Source: Azolla caroliniana
Taxonomy: Eukaryota > Plantae > Polypodiophyta
Reading direction: 5' to 3'
Assembly (NCBI GenBank): GCA_043228905.1
Contig: JBHGNT010000002.1
Span: forward strand, 2,604,001 to 2,668,000
DNA: 64,000 bases
The position numbers and the translations under genes were made by a program. Shown piece after piece: positions 39,308 through 53,390 of the stretch (the first letter of the stretch is position 1; each line of letters opens with the position of its first letter). Under the pieces are notes generated by a model. That model saw only the letters and a program-made list of their open reading frames with translations, ran no database searches and was not told the origin of the DNA.

Positions 39308-41869
39308 TTCATTCGTTCCCAGCTGCCCTCCGGCAAGGGAGCCGCGATGGGCTTCACCTTCCGGTCCATAGTCTTGTACTTGGTGTCCACGCGGGTGGTC
39401 TAGTGCGCCCCAATTTCCCTGTTGAAGTTCGCAATGACTTCGTACATCTCGACAGAGTTAACTGGTTTGACCCGGTCTTCACTTAGGCCTTCTTCGACTA
39501 CCCTCTTGATTTCTCCAAGGGTGTCATCGAATGAGACCGCCTCCATGACATCGCCGATCCCCTCGTCATGGCCCAAGGCTCTACACGCCTTCAAGCGCGC
39601 CTCGGGTCATTTCCTTTCTTGACCGCTAATGTCGGTTATGGTCCAACCTCCGTTATTGGAGAGCAAAACTTTCTTACCTATTGTACAGGTGTGGGGTTCG
39701 TTCCAATCGTCCGAACTACCACGGCCCCACGCCTTGATAGTTCTTTCTAAAAATCCTCTCGGCCACTATTTCCGAGGGTGTTCCGATTATGCTCATGATT
39801 CTGCCGCACTGTCAAAAACTGGACGGAATGACGGTCATCTTGACTCTTTACCCTTGCGTAGGCCAAACCATTGTCTAGTACTTTGGTCTCCATTCGAGTT
39901 GCCATGATATATGGCTCACCGAGGATGACAGGATGGGAAGATGTCTCTTGCACAAAAAAGCGTTGGTCTATCTCGACGTCCCCGACACTTACTCTGGCAT
40001 TCGGACATGCCCCCAACTCTTCTGTGACCTTCGTAGCCGCACGTATCTTCCACTCATGCTTGGTGTGATTGGCCATTTCCCCTTCTTGTAGAAGTCCATG
40101 GACATTAGGTTAATTTCCGACCCGTGGTCGATCAACGCTACCATTGGTTCCTTCACATCCCTGATACGACCCGGGGTTTCCGTCGTTGCTCTTGCCCAGT
40201 GCGGCCTTGTATAGTGGCTTTCCGCAAGCTCATCCTCCGTGGCCACTTCGTCCAACAGCACTACCCTTACCACAACCCGCTTCTCTGCTTCCGGCTCCGT
40301 CCCGAGATGCTTCCTTTTTACAAGATCCACGATGTTGTCGTGGAACTCTCTCCTTGTTATGCCTAGCACTTCTCTCAGTGTGAGTTCTACGCGACTATCG
40401 AGGACTCGCTCGTCCAGGACCTTTCGCAAGTTCGTTGTTTTCTCGATTTCCGGGCTTAACCAAAAGCTCGGGACCTTGGCCTTCTCCTGAATGGGTTCGC
40501 TCCGGGTATCATACCTCCCTGAAGGGCCTGCTCCTCCGTTTTTTCCAACCCGCTTATCGTTGACCAGAACCTCGTAGTTCTGGCACGCGACTTCCACAAA
40601 ACCGGTACTTTCCTCAACCGGGTCACCCCATCCAGTGACATCACGTACTCGTTTTTCCGCGCAATCAGCTTCTTCCTTCTTCAGCCTCCTTTCAGAGAAG
40701 GTTTCCAGTACCACCGGCCAAAACCCGGGGCTTGTATCAGCGTTAACCGCCTTTCCACCTACGCAAATGCCGGTCGAGGCCGAGAAGTGAATGGCCTCGA
40801 CATGTCACGTCGCACCTTCCTCCATCAACCGCTTCATGCCGCCTCGTGCGGGGTTTACTTCGAGCATTCTCCTTGTGTCGCTCGTGTGCACCCTGCCATT
40901 CCAAAGGTACACCACATTGCTCCTGAGTGCTTCGCCGAAGTCGGCACAATCTCTCCGGACATGGCCGAGGGCATCACACCATATGCACCTTTGGTTGGCC
41001 GGTGGTTGCCGATCACGAGGCTGGCCTTTGTCACCCCTTCGGGCCTAAGCGATCTGGAGATCGCGCACCATTTTTGTCAGCTCTTCTAGGGCCGCGCCCC
41101 CGGATGGTCCCGTGACTACGTTCGTCGGGGCCGGGCCTTACTCGAGCCACCTTCTCGTTTCTTCTGTTCAGGTTGGCACAGACTCGGCCCTCATTTCGAC
41201 AATCGGCCTGACTATCGAGGACCTCCTTTCTTTCTAGTCTTTGCGCTTGTCAATCCGGAGACACACCCCTTTGACCATGGCCCAGTCGACCGTGAGTCCA
41301 TCGTTCGTCTCTAAAAGGAGACCCACATTATCACGGTCGAGCAAGTCAAGCAAGTCGAATGACTTTACAAAGAGCGGGACCTTGCTCGTGTCACGCACGG
41401 TCCGGTCCAGTGTGGAGAGCCGCGCGAACCGCGACTCAAACTCTTGAAGGAGCCCCGATGCGTTCCGACCTTTGCCAGGGCTATCAACCCAATCCAAGAA
41501 AGCCTTCTTCGTCAGCCGGAGCGAGTCATTGAAGCTGTATCGTTCCAGAATCCGCTCCGCGAAGTCCACCCAATCTCAGTATCCCGCTTGTACTTCGAGC
41601 ACTTCCGCGTGGATGCTCGGCATCATGACCTAAGGAAACCCGATCATCCGTCTATCCTCCGGAATGTTCCTCATCTACATCTTAGACTTGTAGGCCTCCA
41701 AGTAACTCGTGGCATCTTTCCCACCGAACCGGCCTATCTTGTCGACTATCGCCTCAATGGCCCTGTCAAGGGTGCTCGTGCCTTCACGAGCGCTAACCAG
41801 GCGGTCTACAGCCACCACCATTGCTTCGGCGAGTTCGCTCCCTCTCATCTTGAGATTCCTTTGCCGCCC

Positions 41870-41887
41870 TTCACGTCGGGTTCACCA
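41870..41887 (-). promoter_or_regulatory. Primer-binding site complementary to tRNA-Trp
   Basis: The + strand TTCACGTCGGGTTCACCA equals the 3' 18 nt of plant cytosolic tRNA-Trp(CCA) as recalled. It lies 4 nt from the LTR. Confidence 0.85.
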
Positions 41888-44800
41888 AAGATGTCGCGGT
41901 ATTCCGCGCGGATGCGTGGAAATGGGGCAGGACCACGGGGGTCTTGAACCAAAGAATCAAGAAAAGAGGAAGGGGCCCGCATGTCGTGTACACACAAACA
42001 CCCCGAACTGACAAAGAGGATTAGGAAGAGGTGGTCATAGGTGTCAGACTCAATGTAGTATGAGAGAATGGCAACACAAGAACGACACAGTAGAAAGACA
42101 ACACAAACAATGGAATATGTTATCACTGGTAGTTAGGACGCACGCATGAAGCGCAGGGGATACAATTGGTCAGATCCGGGAATAGAGCTTCGAGCTCTTG
42201 AACAAACTCAGGAAAAAGAGAATCTTTGGTCGGGAGCGCGCGGGCGTCTGATGCGAGCCGAGGGTTCCTTCCAAAGATTGGTCGTAGAGGTCCCGGACAA
42301 AATGGATGAGCGAGCTCCTTCCCCTTGTTCAGCAGCGTCCTCTGCTTCTTAAGAAAGAAGAGAAAAAAAAAAACAACCACCCCCAAACAATCTGAGGCCG
42401 CCCCTTTTATAGCACAAGGAGCACATGGAAAACTACCTTGTGGAGCTCTACATGATAGAACTCTTGGAACTCAATTCAAGTGACCTCGCATTGACATAAC
42501 TCTTTGGGTTTTGTGATGTTGGTTCCACATGACAGAATTCATTGAGTTTTGTGATATTGGCCCCACATGGCAAAACACCTTTCATGGCCTTCATGTTGAG
42601 CTCAATGTTTGTTATTTATATGATTCCCCAAGTGTCGCATAAAGGGCAATCACATCTTCAAAGTTCGAATATTTGGATTCAACTCTCGTTGCTCAACAAA
42701 TGTTTCAATAGACCCTATTACTAGTATTCACTAAAATTTGGCACTTTGATATACAACAAACCCAAGTTCAGAAGATTGAGAATTCACGATAAATTGCCCT
42801 TTTGACTTATGATTGGGTTTATATTTCAATGAAAGAAGCACACAACGGGTGGACATGTGATTCCCTCAAGTTCATGTGGAAGGAGTGGCATTGCGAGTTC
42901 CGTGAGGACACAAAGGTGCTCTTCTTAAGGAGACCCTTGACGTGCCAGTTTCTCGTGTTAAATATTCACTACACAGATTAGCACATTAGGTTCTACAAAG
43001 CAAACATGACTCTACAGGTCCCATGAGAACACAAAGGTGTTCATCTCAAAGAGAGCCTTACTAAGCATTTTTCCTGTGTCGAGTCAAAGAATCAACTTGT
43101 TGGTAGTTGAGGAGAAATGTTGTTTTCTTTTTCTTTGCATATCTTGCCTAAAAAAGAATACATGATATTGAACGAGAACTTACAAGTACACTTGATTAGG
43201 TAATGGAGTGATAGAGAGAATATCACAACTATAAATTTTGTTCAAATACTATGCGAATTCGCAATATGATTTGAGACCATGTTTACATTATTAAGCAAAC
43301 CCTTTTATATTGGTTGCGAGGATTATAAGAAGAAAGAGGAGGTTTAAAGAGTGTTGAAGGATATCCTGGAGTTTCAATGAGATGAGTCTACAATCGATGG
43401 CACATCCCCTTGGTTTCTTATCGAAGCTTGGACGTTTGAATCCCCAAAGCAACAAAACTTACAATGAGGTCTCTTGCACATTATATAAAATTTTGGAGTG
43501 TGCATCATTCCCTTTTCCTTATGTGATCGCTTGATTTTGGCAAATGTATGCCTTTTATATGCATGTTACTTTTTGTCTATCATGCATTTTGGATCATTTT
43601 ATTAAACCTCTAACCCATTTGAGCTATAGTCTAATGTTGTTTTATGCTTCATATTCTGATGAGGTCTAACTAGCCTCGTTGGGGCATATTACATCACAAG
43701 ACTGGAGTTTTGAGAATAGTGGTGCGGGCACAACAAAAAATTTCGCTTTTCAACATGATGGGAACAGTTGACTACACACCATGATTATAGCAATTGAGTT
43801 TTGTTTTCACCATAATGGCCCAGCATAAGAGAAGTTCAGTTTATTCTATGTACATATATAGTTTTCCGAAAGTTTTGAAATAGTAGTGGAGAGGGCACAA
43901 CCAAATGTTGGTTTTTCATCATTATGGGAACGGTTGACAACTCACCATGATTATAGCAATTGAGTTTTTTTTCACCATAAGAGAGGTCTAGTTTATTCTA
44001 TATGTATATAGTGGATGGGAGACTAAGGAGCATGTGCACCCTATCGATCCTATGGCGCCTCCGATTGTGATCTATGAGATGGACTATGGATTGAACTTAA
44101 GTTCTCTTAATTTTATGTATTTGATAGAATGATGTAAACCACCAAGCCAACAACTTCATAGAAAATGATAAAAGTGAATAAAAGTCAAGGAACAAACTAG
44201 AAATGTCTCTCCCCAAAACCTCCCAAAATTTTAGCAAAACAAAAAGAACCCTAAAAATTAAACTAGTCCAAGCATCCTCTTACAATGTCTTATGCATTTT
44301 CCCCATTCTCTAAACTTAAGAGTTTACTTTATTCCCTCTAAAATTAGAGTTTGCTTTTTTATTCCCTCTAAACTCAGAGCATGCTTTTATCATCAGGCAT
44401 GGGCACATAGTTCAATTTACTTGGTCACCTAGGCATCTTTTCCCCTTGCAAGACAAAAAGCATTTTTATTAATTTTGGTTCAAGTGAGACTCAAACCAAC
44501 AACTCCTCATTTGATAATTATACATTTGAACTTATTGGACTAATAATTAATTATCACATGTTTTTGTGTCTAGGTATGGAAAGAGTTGATGTATACGAAT
44601 AACATAATGGTAGAAGGGAAGGATCCTTATTATTTGAATGACTTCGATTTTGATGAGATTGACGAAATATTTTCCACAACTTAAATCTGGGCTTTTTATG
44701 CCATCTAGATCATATGGTTTAAATCTAGAAACTTTGTAACATGTGGTGAGTAGGTGCTCCTAATTAAAGCTATTAATAATTTGAGGAGGATTTAATAATG

Positions 44801-45589
44801 AATCTTTAGATTAATTATATGAAACACATGGGGTACTATATACCTTTGAGTGATGTTTAGTGTATAAACTGTATACTAACCGATTGTTTTGTGGTATTTG
44901 CAGACTTAATTGTTTTGTCTTATTTGTGGACTCTTTGCTTTTTCTTGGATGCTTGATGTTAGACACCTTTCATATGTAAAAGTAATCAAATAAATCATAC
45001 TTTGTCCCTTGCTTTATGTGATTCTCCAATTAAAAAAAACTCAATAGAGAATCTTTCGATTTAATATCTTGTGTATAGTTTAGAAGTGATTATCTCCTCT
45101 CCACAAAACATGTTCACAATTGTGGATAAAAGTAGTGAGAACTCTCCAAACATTGGCCTCATCGTCAACAATGTTTGTGAAACATGTGGTGTGCCCTTTG
45201 AAATATGTTTCCTTCCCGCATGCTCAGGTGTGTGTCGGTTTTGGGTAAGATCTAGATCATTAATACGGAAGAAATGACATCATCTGTTATTGCATCTTAC
45301 GCATGAGACTTTAAAGATGCATAAAGGTAGTGATGCAATGTGGTGACATGACAAGAGTATTGATGAACTCGAAGAAAACGAAAACGAAAACGTTAGGAAG
45401 ACTAAAAATACATGAGGGGCGATAATTGGAGATGATGGGGCTGACGACAACGTTGAAAGTATGTGGAAAAGGACAAGAGAGGTCGTCCCTTTTGTTTTTC
45501 TTTCGTGTTTATACATATTTTGTTAGTATTCCTTTCCCATTCGGTAATAACATGAGGGGGATGGACTAGAAGTCTAGCAAGGGATAAAA

Positions 45590-45645
45590 ATGCTCTCTCT
45601 CTCTCTCTCTCTCTCTCATGGGCCAATTTTGGCCTTAGAAGACGT

Positions 45646-45697
<52 letters not shown>

Positions 45698-45871
45698 CGC
45701 ACGCGCGTGTTCGCATTGTCTCGGATTTTTTTCATTTGTTTCGATAAAATTATTGCTAGCAATGGGGCCCGAGAAAGAGTGCAAGACACACATATATACA
45801 CATAGAGACAAAGAGAGAGAGACACTCTGTGAGAGAGAGAGAGAGAGAGAGAGAGAGCAAGTTGATCATGG

Positions 45872-45911
<40 letters not shown>

Positions 45912-45993
45912 CAAGTTGCTCTAAGTTTGCTCATGGATGATGTGGCCATAGCTTAGGAAAAGGTGAAGGAGAATGAGGAGAGAGAGAGAGAGA

Positions 45994-46025
<32 letters not shown>

Positions 46026-46275
46026 AAATAAGAACACGTTTTCCTTACTAGGAAAAACATAGCAGAACTTGACTCAACCGTGAGTGCCTCCATTTTGACT
46101 CTATATATGTATGTATATGTTACATGTACATATATATATATACACACACACACACACAGGCAAACACACATAAGCAGACAGAGTACAGTTCAGAGTACAC
46201 ATTCTTGAGCTAAAAGAGAGAAAGGCAATTCTTTCTATACACAGACAGACACACACACAGAGACAGAGAGAGATA
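45590..46275 (+). promoter_or_regulatory. Promoter and 5' UTR of the VQ gene, with GA/CT/AC microsatellites
   Basis: Long (CT)n and (GA)n tracts, and a TATA-like CTATATAT at 46101, upstream of the ATG at 46350. Confidence 0.45.
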
Positions 46276-46349
46276 GCAAGAAAATTCTCAAGGCATTTTG
46301 ATCAACAGATCCAAGGGGGTGTTTTAACTAAGATCTGAATCAATCCAAC

Positions 46350-47126
46350 ATGATGATGAAGCGCAAGAGGCAATCCCCTCCTTCTCCTTCTCCTTCATCT
46401 CCTTCTTCTTCTTCATGCCATGATGATGAAGAATCCCATGGACATGGAGGAGGCAGGCCGGCCCATCCGAAGAGACCGGCCACCACACGTGTGACGATCC
46501 TTCACGTGTGCCCCCCGGTCGTGGTCCGAGTCGACCCGCACGACTTCCGGCTCACCGTCCAAAAGCTCACGGGCCTCGGGTCCTCCTCCGAAGCCAACCC
46601 TCCTCCTCCTCCTCCTCCTCCTCCTCCTCCATGTGCCCACCCCACCCCCAAAACCTCATCATACCAACACCACCACATGGATTTGATCTCCCTACCCTCA
46701 TTAGGTAGTTCTACCACTACTTCCTCCTACTCTTCTTCTTCTCCTCCTCATAACTCCCACTCCCTCGGCCTTACCCCCGATGACTCGGAATTCAACTCCA
46801 AGTCCCACCTCCACGACTCCCTCTCCGTAGACTACTACGATTGGTCGGCCGACATCCCCGAATCCCCTCCCTCCCACCACCATCCCGAGCCCCGAGGCTA
46901 TGCCGACCTCTCACTCTCGGGGATCCAATCCTTCTCCAAATTCAACATGCCCCCTCCACCCCCCTCTTCCTTTGTCGATTGCTACCGCCCCACCCTCGAG
47001 CACCTCCAATATAGCGAGCTCACTACGAGAGGCTCGATGCAACCCTTCCCCGACCTCGACATGTCCATTCTCGATTGCTATTGCCCATCCCTCGACCACC
47101 TTCAGGTCGAGCTCGCCGCATCCTAG
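46350..47126 (+). CDS. VQ motif-containing protein (intronless, 258 aa)
   Basis: Intact GC-rich ORF with VVRVDPHDFRLTVQKLTG (FxxxVQxLTG). Basic N-terminus (KRKR) and Ser/Pro-rich low-complexity regions. Confidence 0.92.
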   Translation: MMMKRKRQSPPSPSPSSPSSSSCHDDEESHGHGGGRPAHPKRPATTRVTILHVCPPVVVRVDPHDFRLTVQKLTGLGSSSEANPPPPPPPPPPPCAHPTPKTSSYQHHHMDLISLPSLGSSTTTSSYSSSSPPHNSHSLGLTPDDSEFNSKSHLHDSLSVDYYDWSADIPESPPSHHHPEPRGYADLSLSGIQSFSKFNMPPPPPSSFVDCYRPTLEHLQYSELTTRGSMQPFPDLDMSILDCYCPSLDHLQVELAAS

Positions 47127-47393
47127 GTCCTAGGTCCTAGGTACCAACTGGGAGAGAATTGGGAACTAGTTTGGAACTAGTTTTCGCCTATATGTACACA
47201 AAATTTTCCCCAAATTATATATAAAGATTTCCACTATTTGGTTGAGCATCTTGTCACTCTCTCAACAAGTTATAGAAAGAAACAAGGATCAGTTATGACA
47301 AGGGGACGTATGATCCTAGTGCAACTATAAGAGTATAGAAAGACAAGCTAACAAAAGAGGGGTTCACATATACGGCATATTTAGCCTCTCGAG

Positions 47394-47624
47394 TATACTC
47401 ATATATACATTCATGTTCGGAATCTCAAGGATGCTAATGTGCGGATTGCAAATCGTTTCTTGTCGATAAGATGAATACAAGTGCCTCATGTGACTTACAA
47501 CATCACTATATACTCATATATACATTCATGTTCGGAATCTCAAGGATACTAATGTGCAGATTGCAAATTGTTTCTTATCAATAAGATGAATACAAGTGCC
47601 TCATGTGACTGACAACATCACTAC
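47394..47624. repeat. 115-bp tandem duplication
   Basis: TATACTCATATATACATTCATG...CATCACTA occurs at 47394 and 47509. Confidence 0.9.
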
Positions 47625-47959
47625 TACACACACACACACACATAAAAAGGTGTGAGTGCAATGCAAACTTACATTCAAATTCAATTGTTCTCATGACCTA
47701 CAATCTATTGTGACATTAAAGACTTATACATCATCTTAATGACCCCTATGTCAATTTTCCCATTACATGTAATTCTATGAGTAGAATTGTTTTCGGTGTT
47801 CACAAAAATCTTGTATTATCTGTATACATTTAACAAGTAATTTGGAATTGGATTTTGAAATGTGTTCAATCTAGATGGGATAATATAGTTAGGATGGTGT
47901 TCATCTTGATGCTCTTCATCACACACACCATACATACATCTTGTGCGTTTTCAAAGCTC

Positions 47960-48700
47960 AAAGCAATTCTTGCATAATTTAACGCAAAAAAACATTTGCC
48001 AAATTACATGCTAATGAGAGATAGAGATATCCAAACTTCCAATAATTTTCCCAATCCCAATTTGTAGGTTTCACAATATCTCGCGATCGGAGGATTTTAT
48101 ATCTTGATGTTGCTTCTAGCTTTCAAAATTGTAAGGCACTCAAAAGGATGTTTTGTTCTTGGAGTTAAGAGAAGATAGCATGTCCTTATCACAAGAGTCA
48201 TTTTACCTTGTTAGGCTTGGCTATACTTGTTCCTCCTACAATCAAGACTATCCAACAAACCTAGTATAAGACGACAACTTTAATGCCATCATCATCAATA
48301 TACAAGTTAATATTGTAGTCCATCTCGAAACAGGAAATCATATACTCGTGGGCCACCTCTCATGGTGGGAGGAATGTGGCTTTCTAGAAGCATAATAATT
48401 TATAATATATGTGAGACTAGTGGGTCCATTCTAACCCACATAACATGTAACATCAACGAGGGAATTTTGCCTTATGTCAATGATGCAATCACACTAGAAT
48501 AAGTCCACCCAACTTGACATTGTATATTTAGAAGTCATAAACGCACAACTTGGTGATATTTATGTGCAATTCATACAAAAGCCTGCTAGTGTGTAATGAG
48601 AAAAGATGCACGACTATAAAATCAATATTAAGTGTGATATTTCTCGTGAAGTTGAAGGGATATGTTATGCACCCAATTAAACAAGAATAAGAACACCTAA
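47960..48700 (-). mobile_element. Highly degraded LINE RT fragment
   Basis: Minus-strand LYIDD (~48290-48306) and a DIRQ motif (~48470). Confidence 0.45.
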
Positions 48701-51700
48701 TTAATTAATTCACGTGATTGTAACCGGACAAATTCAAATAAGAGTCTAGAGATATGAAGTGCACTATAAAACTCTAATACTAAACCACTATTATTTTATG
48801 TACGTAAAAAAAACAAATACACTTATACAAGACTTATAAGTTGGCCTCTTCACTAACTCTTTCATGTTTCCACACTTTCACCTTCAATTCATAGATGTCA
48901 GCTCACACCCTTGCCATTTTCAATGTGGGCTCTCCCATGAGGAGTCTAAAACACTATTGCTTAAACAATGTGTACACTTACATGGTTCCATTGTGTTGTT
49001 TAGCTTTTCCATAATGCAATAGTACATGGCAATATGTGTGCTTGTGTGTATGCATATTCAAACACATGAAAACAGGCAAAAACATAACAATACAATTTTA
49101 AACACCCAATTAGTAAGAAAAAACCGGGGACTCGACCCTTTGATCCACACATGAAACACTTCTCTTCTCATTTATTTATTTGGGGGTGGAGGGGCGAATA
49201 TAACCTAGAGTACCACCTCCCCTTGAAATTTCTCTATTATAGACATTGGTTCATGATTATGGGCTCTCTAATCCATGGATGTATGTATGCCTCATGCATA
49301 ATGTACATGTAATGTTTGACTAGCTGATATTATTCTCACATCAACAAGATATAACCTTGACGAGGGGTCACCAAAACATGTAGTCATGTATATTATCTTT
49401 GTGTGTGTAGCGTACTTCAAAAATACTTTATGTGTGCATTTTCAAGAAGACAATTCACTTTTACCCTTATTCAATATTTGTACATACTCCCTTAGGTATT
49501 ATTGTCGGTTTAACAATTCAGGACACTATTTATAGATCATGCTCCCGAGTCCCACCTTTTGTATGTCATGGAGAGTGATGAGCACAATGAGTGCAAATCT
49601 GAACCCCACATTCTTAAGTTGACATATAACAACAAGTCAAGAGGTCACAGAAATTGAAAATACAATTGGACAATGACTATGAGAGTTTGAATGGCTGAAT
49701 CTAGAGAGAGAAAGGGGGTAGGGAGGGAGAGGGATAATCCTCGAGCTTCCTAAATTCTTCTCAATTACTCCTCAAGCTTCCTAAATTCTTCTCAATTACT
49801 CCTCGAGACATTGACTCAAGAACCTCACTTGACATCTCACATAGTTTAAAAGTGTCCTGTTGTGAAGTGTCGTGTATTGTGAACAAAAGTGTAATAGTCA
49901 TAGCTTATGCATGCTAAAGGTAGGAAAAAGTTGAGACGAATAAGGAACACATTTCAAGGAAAAACAAGTGGGACTAGAAAAAAAAACAAGTCATAAACTA
50001 ATCAGAGTGGGAGAAGAAGGAAACCTGGTACAATTGAAGTACAATAAAAACTCAAATTATGAACAATAAATTACTTGTTCTAATGATCACATAACAATAT
50101 TTTAAATGTGAAATAAGTGAAAATGCAATAACCCATTGGTGGGCACTTGTGATCATTCCATGAGCAAGCCAAACTTAGCGATATGAGTGAAATGTGAACT
50201 TTATCGACATTCAATTTGCCTCACATCCACTATCTTCACCTGGTTGTTGATACCCTTGGGAATACATATGACAAGTGTTTTATGAAGAAACCCTTCATCG
50301 ATATGATAATCCACAATTGATTTAGATTGCCTCTTTGTTGATCATGTCTAGTTAAAGTCAATGTGTAGGATTTAATGTGCAACAAAGAATTTCATGTAGA
50401 GGTATTTAAAAAACATGTAAATTGTGTGAGAATGAAAATTTTCTATTTGATAGTCCATTGACATTAGAAAATTTTGATGCTTGTCCAAAACCACAAGAAA
50501 AAAAGACATTTTCCTAGACTCAAACAAATTTTTTTCATAGCTTGTTCTAATAAAAACAAAGGTAACATAAGCTTAAAAATCCATATGACATTATAGAAAT
50601 ACGACTTAATCCACCATACAAAAAATTTATTAATACATAAACCCAAAAGTATATTATGACATTCTATATATATGCAATGACATATTCACTTTCAATACTA
50701 AGTTATCGTAAAGGATCCAATTCTTCTAAACATCATGACATTTCAAGCCAAACCATTTGCTCCATGTAACCTCTCCAAATTTGGTCTTATTTGAGGTATT
50801 CATGAATCATAACCACAAAAATCAATAAAGTTAAATTTTTGAGAAAGAGAAAGAGAAATAGGAAGATAATCGCTTTTGACGTTATTCATCTTAGAAAACC
50901 TCTTTCACACGCAAGTTATGATGTAAAGCAATTTCTCATCCTCATAATAAAATATTGTCTTTCCCTTTAACATATGCATGTTCACTTCAAGAGCTTTACA
51001 CATTGGACCCAAATCTAGGTTATGTTGGTTTGAAATGCCTTCAATATCAACAAAAGTAATGAATCTATTCTCATGTAATACTAAAGTATGAAATACATTA
51101 ATCTCAAATATATTACCAAGAAACGCCAAAAATAAAGTTTTAATAATTGAGTTAGGATGCTCTCTTATGTTAGTAATATTTCGGACATGTCTCTTGATCT
51201 TTATTATTCAACATGTTAAGCTCTCATCCAAGCAAATCAACAAAACAAATGTTGCATATTATAATGAGTCAAGATTGATGCAAGCTATTTAAATTATTTA
51301 TTTTATAGATTAAAACTTTTTAATTTGCAATTACTACGTAAAGATTAATGCGTGCTATTATTTGTTAGGACTTAGGAATTATGAAGGAAGAAAATGTTTG
51401 AGATATTTCCACATATTTTTTTATTAATTTTAATGTTTGAAAAATATGTTTCTTCTTAATAGGTGTTTGTAGTCTCAATAACTTAACAATGGTCAATTGA
51501 TTGCTTGTGAGAGTCTAGTGCTTCCTCACCAACGGCACCAAATGTTGTTTGGTCTTGTGACGCGCAAATTGTTTGGTCATGTGCAATCTTTTGCATGTGA
51601 CATGCCCGAAGAGTGAGTGTTAATCCACCTCCAATTGTACTAATGAACTACTTATCCTCTGTTAGAAAACTATCATAATAACTCTCACTCTTAAGTTTTA

Positions 51701-52183
51701 ACCTTAGATGACAAATTGATAATTGATAATGGACTTATAGAGTTGACCTAGATGCATCAACCGAGTCTTTCAATCCTCAAAAACCAACAAACACCCATCC
51801 ACTCAAGCTCAAGAAGACTAATAGGCATTGGAAGATGAGGATAGACCCCTTTTTATGAACTCGCGTGCTTGGTTTTTTACATCGATTTCTCCATTGTTCT
51901 CTATATAATCCTGAAATCCTTATGATTGTTACTTGAAAATAAAACTTTGACTTTAAGACCTTGCATCTCTAGTTTTCGTTTTTTCACATGTAATTTCTCA
52001 ATTAATTTCTACAATTCTGCATCTTTAAACTTTATTATAACAACTTTAACTTTAAATTGCTAAAATTTTATTGCTTCTTTTCTTGGTTTCTTTTTATATC
52101 ACATTGATTTTTGTATACCCATGCATATATTATCATGTTAATTATGTATTAACAACTTTTGTCTATGAATTTTCTTTGCAAGG

Positions 52184-53390
52184 ATTTGAACCATGGATCT
52201 AACCTTGATGCCAAGAAAAAGCAGAACAACAAGAAGGTCTTATGGAAATGTTGACACTTATAGATGATAAATCAAGTGTTTGTGGTGAGGAGTAGCAATG
52301 GGCCCGGTTTCGGCTCAAACCGAACCGAACCACATGGTTTAACGGTTTATAAGTTCCAAAATAATAAAATGGTTTGGTTTGGTTTTAATTATTAATAAAC
52401 GGTTCGGTTTTAGTTCGGTTTGGTTCTACAACTAGGGTTTATTAGTTTATAGGTTTATAGGTTTTTGGGCTAACTTTTTTATCCCTTAAATGTTTATGTA
52501 ATTTAATGGTTTAATTAATGTTTTTTATTAATTTAATTCATTTAACTAAAATGTTTGTTTAATCTAATGGGTTAATTAATGCTTAGTTAATTAATTAATT
52601 AAATATAAATGCTTATTTAATTTAGTGTTTATTTATTTATTTTTTAATTAGTTTAGCTTAAATGTGATTAGGTTTAAACTTTTTATTAAATGGCTTTGTT
52701 TGGTATTAACTTTTCCCTAAACGATTTTGGTTTAAATAGTTTGGTTTACCTTTTCTTAAATGGTTTGGTTTAATGGCTTGAAAGTTCATAAATAGTTTGG
52801 TTTGGTTTTTGTTTTACATAAATGGTTTGGTTCAATTCGATTTGGTTTCAAGGGAAAGAAACCAAACCAAACCGGGCCACGTAGGAAATAATGATGCTGA
52901 AAACATGATGGGAAGTGACATTGCAATGCGAGGAACTATTGTATCTAAACCATATCTAGTTGAAGAGTTTGTTGCCATATGGATCCATACCGCTTTTTGA
53001 CGGTTCTTGGTTTAGCACCATATCAGTGTATGTATGTGTGTGTATGTGTATTTGCATATCCATGTGCATGGTTGTATTTGTTTGTGTGTGTATGCATGTA
53101 TGAATGCATGCACACATGCATTTGCAACATTCTCTCTCATGTTTTCTTGTCATGTTAATATGTGTATTTGCTATTTTCAACTCAACGGCAAAAAGAGCTT
53201 TTTTTGTCTTAAGAAGGCTCATGCGGCTTCAAGAAGTGATTGACAATAGTGGGCAGATATTCCAACAACAATCAAACAAGAGTTTGTTGTGATCTGTGCA
53301 AGCATTTGTGTGAATACAAGCTCGAATCCACACCTTGTGGAAACCGGTTGTCAAATGCGGAACGAAAATTAGCACTCTTCTCTGAAGATC
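52184..53390 (+). pseudogene. IQ67-domain (IQD) pseudogene fragment, interrupted by a MITE
   Basis: EEFVAIWIHTAF*RFL, then an intron at 53010-53187 (acceptor decayed), then AKRAFFVLRRLMRLQEVI...SVQAFV*IQARIH. Confidence 0.8.
52293..52883. mobile_element. hAT-like MITE with AACCG/CGGTT subterminal repeats
   Basis: Inverted ends GGCCCGGTTT / AAACCGGGCC, many AACCG/GGTTT repeats and an AT-rich core. No TSD recovered. Confidence 0.65.

Larger units (their letters stand above)
20207..42412 (-). mobile_element. Ty3/gypsy non-chromovirus retrotransposon with nested insertions
   Basis: 3' LTR 20207-20936 and PPT 20937-20951. Integrase 21012-22507. RNase H and RT (CTLPQGGTNSVAH, PFLDD) ~32760-34789. 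Protease (IDHGSEINLM) ~39750-40200. gag to ~41860. PBS 41870-41887. Truncated 5' LTR 41892-42412. Confidence 0.92.

Noticed and set aside
41444-41947. Antisense ORFs over gypsy and copia coding regions
   Set aside because: Expected shadow frames in GC-rich TE sequence; no recognisable motifs.
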